Assembly (NCBI GenBank): GCA_030141605.1
Contig: JAQGDQ010000314.1
Coordinates: 124,001-188,000 of the forward strand
Source of the DNA: Tubiluchus corallicola
Lineage: Eukaryota > Animalia > Priapulida
Reading direction: 5' to 3'
DNA: 64,000 bases
Positions 1 to 12,642 of the stretch are shown piece by piece; position 1 is the first letter of the stretch, and the number at the start of each line of letters is the position of its first letter. The translations under genes were made by a program, and so were the position numbers. Below the pieces are notes generated by a model. That model was not told the origin of the DNA. It was given only the letters and a program-made list of their open reading frames with translations, and ran no database searches.

Positions 1-2039
1 AGTGATTAAAGTAATTCCATTAATATTTAGTTCACGATTTTATTATGGGCAAAAATTCTTTTAAATAAGTCTTTGCAACCCATTAGTATTTCAAAAAACT
101 TGTTGGACAACATTTAGGGCGTTTTTTAATCTACATTTTTAAGAATGCTCTGTTCGCTTTTAATTGTGACCATGTTTTGTACAAGCTTCGATAAAAACTC
201 AAGCTACACGTTGAATTTCTAAACGTTGTAAAACACCCAGCGGGCATCGGTCTTTAAAGGTAAAGTCTAATTTCTAAACATCACAACCCAGTATACATAA
301 CTATAGAAGATCCGTACTAGTTGGAGTAGATGTAGTAACAGAATTCCACAAAAGCCTTTTGTTGTCTGTGAAATCTTTGACATCACAAAGCCAAGAAAGT
401 GCGAATCTGGTTAAAGAGGAATGTGATTTTACCTTTCAATAGCAAGAACGGGTTAGAGGCGCTTGCCGCGCTACAGGAGGTGAAAGCAACCTGTGAAGAG
501 GAAAAGTTATCCTAAGAGATGCCTAACTGAGCATTAAGAGCCAGTCAAACTGGCGTAAGTCTACTTATTTATTACTGGGCCCGGGAAAGATTTTTGGGTA
601 AGGTTCGTAGCCAAGAAAAAAAGGAGCAAAGCACATGGAGAGAGAAAGGGAGGGGGAGGTTTTAAGAAGAGAAGCTTTTTTATGTTTCAATGTTGAAGTA
701 TTAGCACACTTTGGAGAGAAACAAATCATTTCAATTATCGGTTTTTCTTCAGAGTGTTAAGGATTTTTTTTGCAAGGTCGTTCTTTTAAACAAATAAGAA
801 AGCCTATTCTCTTTCTTTCTGTGTTCCAGATAAAGTTCTCTGTAGTAACAAAGGGTTTTACGGATTAGATTTCTAGTTCATGAGCACTGTTATTCATGTC
901 CATTCATTAATGGCGGCTTGAATTTTCTATCGAAAAGCTGATTGGACACTTTTTCTTTTGTCAAGAAATCGTCAGGAATTTAAAGCTTTCAATTTTCTCG
1001 GAGTTTTACGATGGGCGTGGAGGATGTTTCTCACCTTTCTTCCATAAAAACTAATTAGTCTTCTATTTGGTGTGGTTAGTTATGGTTAGCGAACAGCTCC
1101 CTCTTCTAATGTTACGCTTATTTTACTAGATCACACCTCCTAGTAGCCAGATTTGTAAACAAATCTAAACATGTTTCTTGGGTGTAACTGCATCTGGGAT
1201 TAGCGGAGATGGTTATAACGACTCTTTTGTCAGAACCCTTTAAAGAGATAGCCTAGACGTTTAGAGCACTATTACGAACTCTAAGTGGATGTCAGTGGTT
1301 AAGACTGTCTTGGAATGTGATACAGTAATAGTTGCTTTGGTACGTTGGTACTTTGCCAGTTTTTCCCTCTACTCTTTGTAATAGTGCCCCATCATATGAA
1401 TGCATCTGTCCAACGAGTTAGAAGTAGAAGTGTGAAATCGTTATTTTCTTAGAAAATGGATGAAGTAGTTCTAAACTCGATGTTGGGTAACTTCTGAAAA
1501 AACATGCTCAATAGGCCAACCGTTGGGTCGCTAGATTGTGCAGCCACCAGTGTTGTTTTCTTTAAATTGAGAAATAGAACTTTATTGCTTTAGGTATAAG
1601 AGTTTATTCACTTACTAGGCTTGCTAATGGATGTGGCACTGAATCATCTGAATCTCTCATTAGGAAGTTATCAGTCAGTTCAACGGTAGCTGTTTTGCAC
1701 ATCTGTTTGTTTTTAAATGGGGTATAATTTGCCTATAAATTTATAGACTTAATATAAATTTTGAAGTAGATTTGAGTTTCTATGTCACATTCAGGCTTGG
1801 TTTCATAAATTCTAGCATTTGCATGCACGTCAGCTAAAAGATTTATGATATCAATATTTGCCTACACTTACTCATCTAGTTACCTTTACCCAGTGAACTC
1901 ATCTGTACAAACAATCATATTTACAATTGCAGTAAAACTGTTTGATAAGCTATGTAATAATAATTTCGTTTAGGACATAGTCCAGTAACAACACCTTAAA
2001 TAACTCAATACTTATTTCCCCTTTATTATTAGCCTCAGG

Positions 2040-2158
2040 TAAACCCCATGTGCTTGGTCGAAGAACCAGCGGTATCATTTTTCTGTTTTTGGTATTACTC
2101 GGTCAGGAGTTGAACCCGTGACCTTCGGGTAGGAAGCGATTACGCTACCATTGAGCTT
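2040..2158 (-). mobile_element. Degenerate tRNA-derived SINE (Meta-domain-like)
   Basis: The minus strand reads AGCTCAATGGTAGCG (A-box-like) ... GGGTTCAACTCC (B-box-like), then GTAATACCAAAAACAGAAAAATGATACCGCTGG. That resembles the MetaSINE core as I recall it. There is no intact cloverleaf. Confidence 0.5.
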
Positions 2159-5094
2159 GCCATTAAAGTTACCTATGGATTGAAACGGAGAGATTTGAAT
2201 GGCCTTCCTAATTTAATAGACAGAGTGTTTACTAAGATTTTTGCTTAAAGTTTCGTATTTCACAACATAATTCAAGGATTACACCTTGCTTTGTATAAAT
2301 TATTGCATATTGCCGTATTTGTTTAAGAAATTTAGGCAAATTTAAACGGTTTAAAATTGACAACAGTGAGCCACGTAGGTCAAAGTTTGCAGCTAAATCC
2401 TGTATAATGTCTTCATTAATAACTGTTAATTGAATGATGTATCAATTATCCTGTCCTGAATAATATAATGTCTATGTGACATTAAGGGCACCAGAATACT
2501 GATCAGGGCTGACCCTAGACAACGACTGTTTTTTGCAGTTCTACAGTTTAGCTTTTTTCAAATTTAAAAACTACACTGTGGCCGGCAATCTATTATGACA
2601 TGGGTGAATTAAAGTTTCAAAGGTTTTCAGTGTTTTTGATGAAAGGGAGTACAAACGAACTTCCTGTTTTTACAGCCTTCCGGCTTCATGCCTTAACAAA
2701 ATGTTCTGTTAATTGTCGAGCAGAAAGTTGTTTATTTTTTGTGAACCTTTTTCAGTTTTTTCAACGGTTTTTCCAGCGAATTTTGCTTCTAAAGACGCTT
2801 TTCTTATCTTTTGCATGAACTATGGATCACCTATTGCCAGTCTTGAATTTTGACAGTCAGTTTGATTCACACCGCACCCCACATGAATGCGAATAACGTA
2901 GCGTAGCTCTGGGGTACAACTAGAGCTTGTTTATTGACACTGCAGAAAAATTAAATTCATAACTTGGTCTGACAGTGAACTGTCATACTGAGTATAAAAC
3001 GTTGGTGCTTTGTGGCCTAAATATTTGGCGATCTCATCTGAGAATCGTTAATTCGAAGCTTTTCTGTGTGTAAAAGAAAATATTTCTTGTTATTAATTAT
3101 TAGCTCACGTCTTGGATTTACAATAGGTTATGCGGGCAGTGAATGTAGCTTGAAATTCTTAATTTTATCTTAAAGTAAATTGTGGTTTTGCCGCTAGCAG
3201 TAAGGGAAACGTTTAAATTTTGTGTTGTATCTGAAGTTATTGTGATCTTTTCGGTGAGCAATGTTCTTGTTTCTTGAGCATTTTGTAAGGTATCCTGTGG
3301 CTTACTGAGGTTCCGGAGTCACATTGCTGCGTTGACTGCAAAAGTTAAGCAGTGCTAAGCCTAATTATTAAATTGCTGGGTGATTACCAAACTGCTTTTG
3401 AGTGGTTCGTCTGCCATACTTCACCCAGATATTTCTTTCTTATGAGGTTTATGCTGGATTATGACTTAAACTTTCAAATCTATGCTTGCAATGTGGAAAA
3501 CCTTGAAGTGTTTGGCATAGGCTAAAATTCGGTGAAATGTAACATATGATGTGTTACCAGCGTACTTCTGCAAAAGTTAAACGTGCAAATCTTCGAATTT
3601 ATATTGTTGGTAATCTGATTTGGGTTAAGAAATTGTTTTCATTGTCATTTTTGTTGTCTATGTTTATTTAATGTGCAAATAATCATAATGCAAATCTTCT
3701 CTTTTATGATGTGCTTTACGAAAAGATTTTCTGGACAGTTTCCGAGCTGTTCAGTTATTTTTGTGGGTCCGCCCCTAGATTTAGTTTGGTGAAAGTTTTC
3801 GCGCCACATTATGTGGTAAAAACAACAATCATTCTAATCCGAAATTTGTATCACTTGGTTAGATTTATTATTAGAAGTCGCAGCAAGACCTTGATGATGT
3901 TTATTATTTCTTCCTAATTCGGATTCAGTTCGTGTTTGTTTCTGAGCAGGGCAACAAGTGTAACATCTAGGGGCATGGGAGGTGGAAAACCAATTTAACT
4001 GCTTTGTTCAAGTTTCTACGCAAGTGTTGTGTCGTTTAACAGTCAGCGTTCCTTCATTCTTAACGTGAAATTATGGTCTTGCTCAGGGTGTGATCATGGG
4101 ACCATGGACAGGTCCGTGCCTGCAGGGTATGCCAGGGTGGTAGGACTAGTATTGGAGCTGACAGTAATGTCACTTCGTGTTTGTACTTAGTTGAGTGGGA
4201 GTGTAAATTTGCGTGTTAAACAATGATGCTTTAGGTGGTAGATTTGGAATCACTTAGTGGAGTGTATTGGTAGCGAATTTTGACAGTTCTATGGGGAAGT
4301 TCTAGCGGATACCTGGAGTTATTGTGCGCATTAACCTGATCTTGTTGGACACGTTCTTCTTCCTTCTTAACGTTTCACTTACTAGAAGTTAGAACTTCAG
4401 TTGAAGGTGTTAATGAGTAGCTACGGTTGGCTTACCTTAATGAGTTCTTCGAGTGGTAATTCGTCAGAGTTCTGCTTCTTCATCAGCTTATTTTTGTTGG
4501 GTGCATTTTTTCTGAGCTTTTCAACAATCTTATTGACAAATGGTATCTAAATTCACCAGTGCCGTAAAGGAGTTCATCTGTTTTGTGTATTGGACTTCTT
4601 TAATTGGCACAGTTTTTCGTCTTTGCCGTGCATTTCAATAGCAGATATTGAATTTTTGCATAAAACTAAAGTGGAATTCAAATCTGATTTCAAAATAAGT
4701 GTGAGCACAGTCAGACAAGCAGCCATCATGAGTCGTGTTATTGTTAGAAAATTGTTTTGTTTTAGTTAGGCCTGGAAAAGTGGCTTCAATTAAGAGGAGT
4801 TTGTAATGGGAAAGTATTCCAGCTGATACATACCTGTATGCGTGTATATACTGCTTCCCACACCTGATCTTTTTGGATTAGTTTGAGGAATATGGCCGTT
4901 CCTTAAAAGCAAAAGTACAGATACGTCAGTTAACTGAGCAAACGTGACGTTAAACGTGTATTGTCAGCATTTAATAGTGAATCTATGAGATCTTATTAAT
5001 CTGTATACATATGAACAATGTGATATATGAACAAGTTTAGAGTTGTACTAAATCACGTGGATTGGTGAGTGTGTTCACACTGTAAACGATCACC

Positions 5095-5220
5095 ATGAGT
5101 CTACGATTGAGAAAGAACAGCAAGTCACACCAGTCAATGGTGTCGTTGTTCGAGATAGATCCAAAATCTACCCTTCGCCGGATCTCAAAGAGCTGCGAGA
5201 ATCTAATGGCATCACTCAAT
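5095..5220 (+). CDS. Candidate upstream (alternative first) coding exon of the FRMD4 gene
   Basis: CACCATG start, 42 open codons (MSLRLRKNSKSHQSMVSLFEIDPKSTLRRISKSCENLMASLN), then a GTAAGT donor at 5221 in phase 0. This is compatible with the phase-0 acceptor at 12576/12577. Confidence 0.5.
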
Positions 5221-6501
5221 GTAAGTTATCTTCTAAAGGTTATAAATTGTTGATATTGTTGATTTTTCCATGGTTGAAGAAATTTCCTAGCTATAGTTAA
5301 AGAATTTTTCGTGCACTTTTTAAATTTTTGAAGTGAACCAATTATGACCACAAGTAAAAGATTATGTAAAATAGGGTAGTGCGTAAATTTGAAAGTTAGA
5401 ACCAGGGACCTCTGGATAATTACAATGTCTGAGTCAGCAATAAGCTCACGCCTAGTGCCCCACAAGGCTAGCTGTGAGGACATTGTACCCACAGTGTGGG
5501 CATCTACAGTGTGCACGAAAATGATCACAAAAATGGTTTGAGCACTGGCTTTTTTAAAATATGCTTAGTAAGATGATCATTATGTGGTGATAATTCTAAT
5601 TCTTATGAAATATTGCAGCTATTATGGCTAATATATGACTAAGTGTAGTGCAGCTATAAACCTCAAAGGTTCGTCATCCTTTTACAGTAACTCCATTGTG
5701 CTGCAGATTGTACTGTTGCATAATGTCTTTCTGTTCAAAGCCTTTTTAAATATTATTTCTAGTGGATTTCGTGACTTCGAGAAATAAATTCTCCAACGGC
5801 TTGAAATTTGAACAAGATTTGAACACATTATATCAGTTGACATAAGGTATTTGTGAGGTGAACACGTGACATGGAACAAGGCTGTTAAATATTCCACACA
5901 GATTCCTGTTTCACAATACTTAAGTTAAGCTTATTTTGGAGTTGTTTTATCAACACTGTTTCAATTTGTTAACACTTTGTAAATAGACGGTTTAGGCGAG
6001 GGTGGTTGTTTCAGCGAAAATTACACAGAGAAGTCACGTGCTTAAGTATATGAATCGCCGTTTTGGTTTGTTTTCTGTGACAATAGCATATTTAAATAGT
6101 TTGTAATACATTTAATATACAGCGCTGTTTTTAATTGGTTTTCTGTCAGAGCAATGTCTGAAGTTTGTTGTTGTTTTTGTTTGTCTTCATTGTCATGAAC
6201 GTCTGATGAATTTTAAAGTAGCTTTAGCCTGTAGGCCAAAATGAAATTTTAAGTATAGAATTATAGAATGTACGCCAAATCTAATTCCCTGAATATTTGC
6301 ATCAGATTTTCAAACTTCAAATTCCAAAAACTGAGTTAGAGTTTAGATCCACATTTAACCAAAATTATTTGAAATTTGAAACTTGGTTAAATATGCAGTT
6401 TACACGTTAATTAAATTTTCCCGAACAATCTATCTCGTGGCAGTTACGTAATGTTTTTTTTATCGTACAACTTCGTGAGATAGTCTAGTGCATTGCTTTT
6501 A

Positions 6502-6605
6502 CCGTATATACTCGCATATAAGCCTACATCGCATATAAGCCGACCCCCTGATTTCAGTATTGTATTTTATAGTTCTAAATTCGGCTTATATGCGAGCATA
6601 TACGG
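6502..6605. mobile_element. Short Tc1/mariner(pogo/Tigger)-type MITE
   Basis: 23-bp terminal inverted repeats (CCGTATATACTCGCATATAAGCC, one mismatch) flanked by TA at 6500-6501 and 6606-6607. Confidence 0.75.
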
Positions 6606-7258
6606 TAATTAATTGTTGGGACCTACATGTGTGTATGTGATGCCATTTAGGTAGCCAATGTTTTTGGTGATTTTAGCCACTCAGATGTTTCTGCTCCTAA
6701 CGTTTTAGAAACATTGGTCCTCAGTTTCATAGTTCATTTTTCGGGAAAGTAAATTTTATTGAGCTGTGAGCAGATGTTGACTTGTTGACGTCCACGGGAC
6801 AGGTGTTGCTTTTTAACATACAAAATCCAGAGCGCAACCGTAGTTCATTATTAAAACATTTCTCAGATCTCATTTGCACAACTCGCCGCACGTTTACACC
6901 ATCGTAAACAAACCAACACATGCAAGCGCGAGTTTATTTTCTTGTCTGTCCAGTATTTTGTTGTGGATTTATTTTTACTGGCCGCCTTGTATGTTTTCCT
7001 AGCTCTACACCACTGGTCAATATTTATCTTAAAGCACCGTGTCGTTACGTTCTGCATATATAAACATAATTTTCTAATCTCAGTAACGTGCTATGTTTAG
7101 AGCGTGGAAATCTACACACATCTTGTACTAATAATAAGACATTGGCAGTCGGGCGGTTTATTGCATGTGAGAGCTAAGAATAAACGTGTTTCCTACCGCA
7201 CGCCAACACACTACTGAGTGACTGCTCATTCGTCAAGCAACATGAAACAGTTAGGTGG

Positions 7259-7450
7259 CATGATGATGATGATGATGATGGCGATGATGATAATGAAGAG
7301 CGGAGGAGGATGACGATGATGTTGATGATGAAAATGATGATAAATGCACTTAGAACTTACTGCTTACTTAATAGTGGTGTAGGTGGTGCTGCTGCTGCTG
7401 ATGGTGGTGGTGATGGTGATGATGATGGTGATACTGGTGATGATGGTGTT
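7259..7450. repeat. Degenerate (GAT)n/(GGT)n microsatellite
   Basis: Visible trinucleotide runs. Confidence 0.8.
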
Positions 7451-10400
7451 ACTGGTGTACAAATGGCCTTGACGTTTGGGGGAAGTGTTTTGGCATAATT
7501 GTAAGTTCCTGCTCCTCTCTTCTTGATGGAGGATCCCTTCTGTAAAACATTCTTTTTGATATATTTGTTAGCGTTTCTTGTTTACCTTTTTTAACTTAGA
7601 GTGTTTTGCTGTTGGTTTTTTTTATCCAGAAGTTTATTTTTGGGGTGGTCCTGCTGTCTGGGCCTTTGTACCTAATGAGATATAAGTTTATGAGTGTTAT
7701 GTCCCTAATTTTTTTCTATGGTCGTTTCGTGGCGTAACATTAGCTCTTAGTAGTCCAGAGTCTGTACCCTTTGCTTGTTTTGATGTTTTTCCTTTCTGAG
7801 ATTTTTTTCTTCAAGGTATTTAAAATTTGCAATATAAGTTTATCAGAGATAAGTGAAATAGTGACAACCAACTTATGCATTTATCATTGCCAAATATTAA
7901 CGTAAACTGCTGTTTTTGGTTCAAGTACAACGTCTGTTACAAATGTTTGACTTGAGCAAGCAGTGCTTTTTGTACTTCATAAATGAGCCCGGGCCAGTAA
8001 ACATTTACATTTGAAGCACTCAAGGCAAGCCGCTGACATCGTACACGTTGATGTTTTCGAGTGATATGCGCACACGCTAACATCACGGAAATGTTACTTC
8101 TAGAGTATAAGTGATTTATGGTTCATTAAAATGATGCTGGAGGTTTTAATCGAATTGATATCACGTTCTACGTCATAACCAATCTGACATCAAAGCTAAT
8201 AAAGGTTGTTTTAATGCAATTAGCGTTAATTTATGTTAATTACTGGAACAGAATTAATTAGCGGTGGCCAAACTTTGGTTGCTGCCAATGTATCACCAGT
8301 TCTGAGTCATCCTTCTCGTCCTCCCAGCATTGTTGGAGGCTAAATTGGGGTACGTAGTTGTACTTTATAACAGATGTTAAGTGGGCTGAAACACTGCTGT
8401 TGCCGCCGCCACTGCCGTTGCCGCTGCTGCTATTGCTGCCCCTACTGCTAATTCCTGTGCCTGTACTACTAACTGCCGCTTATAATATAGGACTTATTAT
8501 AACATTCTTGGAGAGAATAATAACACCGAGAAGCCAGTGACTTTTGCGTAGCCCTTGCATAAGGTTTTCTGTGATATTTGTTAAAGTCATCTCTGCACTT
8601 ATTGGCCTCTTCTGATCATCTTTAGTTTATCACTCGTCAGAGTCTCCAATTTTTTCATTTAACGAGCATTTGATAATTTTGAAAATTTTAAGGCAGGCTG
8701 ATACAGTAGAACAGCAAAAGTTTTTATAACTTCGGTTATGCTCCAGTGCAACACGTGTTAGCGGCAGTTTGTAAACTGAACTGAATTCCTTCCGCATATA
8801 AAAACTCGGGAAGCTGCAGCTCATTAGGGATGAAGATTAGAACATCATTTATAAGCTCAACTTTCAGCGCCTTGTCTGTTGTGTGACCCTATAAATTCTG
8901 GCAAATCTACATTCGCAGTCAGAGGGCGGCAGGCAGTTTACAGGACAAGATAAATTACTTTTTTAGTTTTACTTCTTTTTGTTTAATCCTTTGTTTTTTG
9001 TGAGCCTGCCCATGCAACCTGCCTGTCCTTCTGTTCTGTGTTTTAAATCTTTAACTGATGTTTTGTCTAATCGTCAACTTATATGGTGACCACTGTTCAC
9101 AAAGAATTTGAAGAAAAAGAATGGTTTAGTGGTACTTACCCGCTGTGAATGAGCAGATGACAATTTGCCAAAATTGTACAGCCAGAAATATAAAATTAAT
9201 TGCGGTTAAATTGCTAGCCGCATTCCACAACAGCAAAAACGACTAAACATTTTTGCGTTTTTCACGTTTGTTAAAGTGCTAGCAAAAAACCTATTGCTAG
9301 ACGTTAATAGAAGCAATTGCACAGTGGTGCGGTGCTGATTGTATAGGTATTTATATTTTAATATCGCGGAGTTCGTAATCATTTGCACAGCTTACTTGCA
9401 GGTACTTAATTCAAGTGTAATTAAGGTAGCAGCTGCTTAAAATACCCACTTCGTCACTGATGTAATTCTGTGGTGTATTATTTTGTAGCGATTAGTTCCA
9501 TTATGGTTCTCTTAATGTTATAAGCTCTGTATTATATGCCCGCTGAATTTACCGTGCGTCCGTCCTTCCATTTACAAATGCATTTAGTGAAATCTGTCGC
9601 CTCTCGACGTGCCAAGAATTTTGATCTTGAAATACTGACCATTGACCGCTCTAAGCGGACACCAAGTTACCGTTACTATGTAAATAAACAAGCATAAATG
9701 CACGCTGGCATGTGTTTGTTTAGCAACGAATATTTTTTGATCAGAAACACTAGGCAGGATCATGGAAATTTGTCTAAAAGCCAGATGAACAAAAATTTGC
9801 ATTAGTCTAAAAGGAGATTCAGTTAACACATTTTGAATGTCCAAATCCGAAAGTTAAGCAACATACGAGAGTTGTACTGCACATACCTGGTGTTTTTCCA
9901 GGTAATCTGGAAAATATATGATCTGTATATATAATACGAGTAATTTTTGTCAAGAGCAAGTTTTTTGAACATTTGCAAAGAGCCAGCAAGATCGCGCATT
10001 CAGTATAGAAGTCCTAACGTTTACTTGTGATGTTTTGTTTATGGTATAATGCAAGAAACCCCCACACTTATGTGTGATTTTGTGAAAAAGTACACGAAAA
10101 AGTCCAGTGTTGTTTGAGTTTAGTCCACTGATAATTTAGCAGTTTGTCAGAGAACATGAAAATTCCTGTCTAGTAAGTCTTTATCTAATGTACTGGCTAT
10201 TAGGGAAGGCAAAATGCGCTGTAAACGTGTCCCAAACATAAAACTTCTCGTCCGCCGACAGGTAAAAAGGATGAGTCATACGTTAATTGCCGGTAGATCA
10301 TGTTTGCTTACCTGTGCGATTTTCGTTAAGTCATCGTAGCGGATGCCCGGGGGTTTGGAGGCTAGGAATGCAGAACTTCAACTTAGTCTTTCCTTGGGGT

Positions 10401-12041
10401 TCAAATTGCATTTTTGTTTTATCAATAATTGTTTGTTTGTCTATAGTGTTACTATATTTCAGAATTGCCTTGTTTTTGTATTGTATGTATTTTTGGCACT
10501 AATAAATAAATGCTAAATAAATTTTAAATGTGCCGTTAAAGTTAAATAATTTGCAAAATTTATTTATTACCAGTAAGTATCAAGTGGTTAGCGAAGCAGA
10601 TAATGTTGATGTCAGAAAACTATTAAATATTTTGTGAGTAAGATCAAATTTTGTTGGTGCTGGTGTTGACGACTGCAGCAATGGTGATGTTCAACTTTGG
10701 ATGTGATAGTGTTGTATGTAATGTCTAGCATAAATATACAAAATTGTAGTGTTGATGTTGATATTATTTCGCTTTGGAGCACCTTGGATTATTAGACTTT
10801 CAAGTGAAGTTGTGTAATCTCATTCATTTTAGCTATAACTCCCGTTCAGCAAAAAAGGCACCCCACCGGCACAACCTTTCTTCATCAAAACGAATCCAAA
10901 TCCCATCTGCATAATCCCCTGCTCTTTGCGGTAGCTGTGCGTATGTGTGGTGAGCAATCTAACTATCACCATAGCAACAGGAGTCTGAAGATAAAAAATG
11001 CAAAAAGGCTTGCATCCTGTGCAAATAGCTGCTAAGTGAATACTTGGATGCGATTATTTCGAGTGGTACTCAGCTTTGCTGTAAGATAATAATACACCAG
11101 TCTGACCACTGAGACTTTTTACGCGCAAATGAGTGTATAATATCATCAATAGTGGATTACATGTATCCAGTCACTACGTAGCTAGTTAATTAAGCTGGTT
11201 GCTTGGGTCAGATTTTAGGAACCGGTTGTCGGAAATGATGAAAGAATATTTACCACTTTTCTATGCACTTAAGAACACTAATAGGAGGATGTTGTACTCT
11301 TTTAGCTATCTAATAATAAACGGTAGTTGTCTGACTGCATTAATTTTGGCATTCTTGGCGTACTGTTATTTTTTTCATTACGTATGCACTAGGTATTGCC
11401 TAGCTTGACAATCCTATACGCAAGCATTGGGTTCAAGCCAGTGCCATTCTTCTTTTGAAAATCTCGAATGTTGGTATTTCAATAAAGTTAGCTTGAAACA
11501 CTTTCGCAAATACCGAGCAAAAATAATTTTCTAAATAAATTTAAATGTAATGGGTGACTACTTGGCATTACTAACCTGTCATGGCTGCTTACTGCTTAAC
11601 TTAAATTCGTAAACGTCGTGGCATCGTAGTTTGCCATTAAACATGCGTTATGAGAGGCCCCAGTTTGATAAATGAGACAAGTCATTCTAAAACGCTTATA
11701 GCGAATTCATGACTTTGCGCTCGTTCCTAAACCCTGAGCTTAATGCGCAGATTGTACACTGACCCGCTGTCCTGGACCTGCACCATTCAAAAGTTCGTTA
11801 TGCAAACAGTTTGTTTTCTTCAAATCGAACAAATTGATTTTTAGTTGTTGCCCGACGTGTAATCGTTTTAAAAAACGAATTATTTAACACCATTTAAGCG
11901 GTCCGCCTTAATTGATGGTAGAGCTGGCGATCACGGGCTTTCAGTGAACGTTTAAGTTTGAGCGAAATCAATATTCTATCTCGTATGATCTTATCTATAT
12001 ATTAATTTCGGATGCGTACATATATATATATACGCTAAATT

Positions 12042-12116
12042 CGCTAAATCCCCGCGCCCCACCTTGTTTAGTACTTGAGACGATATTTAGCATGTCTTAT
12101 CTAGAGTCTAATTGTT
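12042..12116 (+). repeat. Dispersed ~75-bp repeat, copy 1 (copy 2 at ~14184-14258)
   Basis: CGCTAAATCCCCGCGCCCCACCTTGTTTA-TACTTGAGACGATATT-AGCATGTCTTATCTAGAGTCTAAT occurs twice with about 3 mismatches. Confidence 0.85.
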
Positions 12117-12117
12117 A

Positions 12118-12148
<31 letters not shown>

Positions 12149-12149
12149 A

Positions 12150-12344
12150 GCTTCTCTTCTGAAGTCATTAAGCATACAAAATTAATTATATTAATTAATT
12201 ACAAGAATGGTGCCGTCATCGGAGCTGTAGCCGCGTCGGTTTTACATATGTACTTTATATATATATATAAATTATATACATGTATATATATACAATGAAC
12301 TTATCGATATATTAATTTCGTACATGTATACACACACACACGCG

Positions 12345-12386
<42 letters not shown>

Positions 12387-12423
12387 ATTAACTTGGTATG
12401 CTTAATGACTTCAGAAGAGAAGC
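12150..12423. repeat. Foldback: 40-bp inverted arms enclosing (TA)n/(CA)n microsatellites
   Basis: 12150-12189 (GCTTCTCTTCTGAAGTCATTAAGCATACAAAATTAATTAT) is the reverse complement of 12384-12423 with 2 mismatches. Confidence 0.85.
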
Positions 12424-12576
12424 AGCTTTGGGGAAAATCTAAAACAGGTTGTTTTGCAATCATTGTTACAATGCTAATTGCTGTGTATTTTTCTTCTGTT
12501 ATGTTTATTAGAACACTTTATACGTTTGTAAATTCTACTAAATTTGTTAATTTTTTCTTTACTTTTCTTTTTGCAG

Positions 12577-12642
12577 ATGACGGAAGGGCGGCGCGCGCAG
12601 GTTGTTCTTCTCGATGAGCGGCGCCTGGAAATACTCGTGCAA
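12577..12642 (+). CDS. FRMD4A: FRMD4 coding exon 1 (start of FERM N-lobe)
   Basis: tttgcag|ATG; MTEGRRAQVVLLDERRLEILVQ; |gtaagt. Confidence 0.9.
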
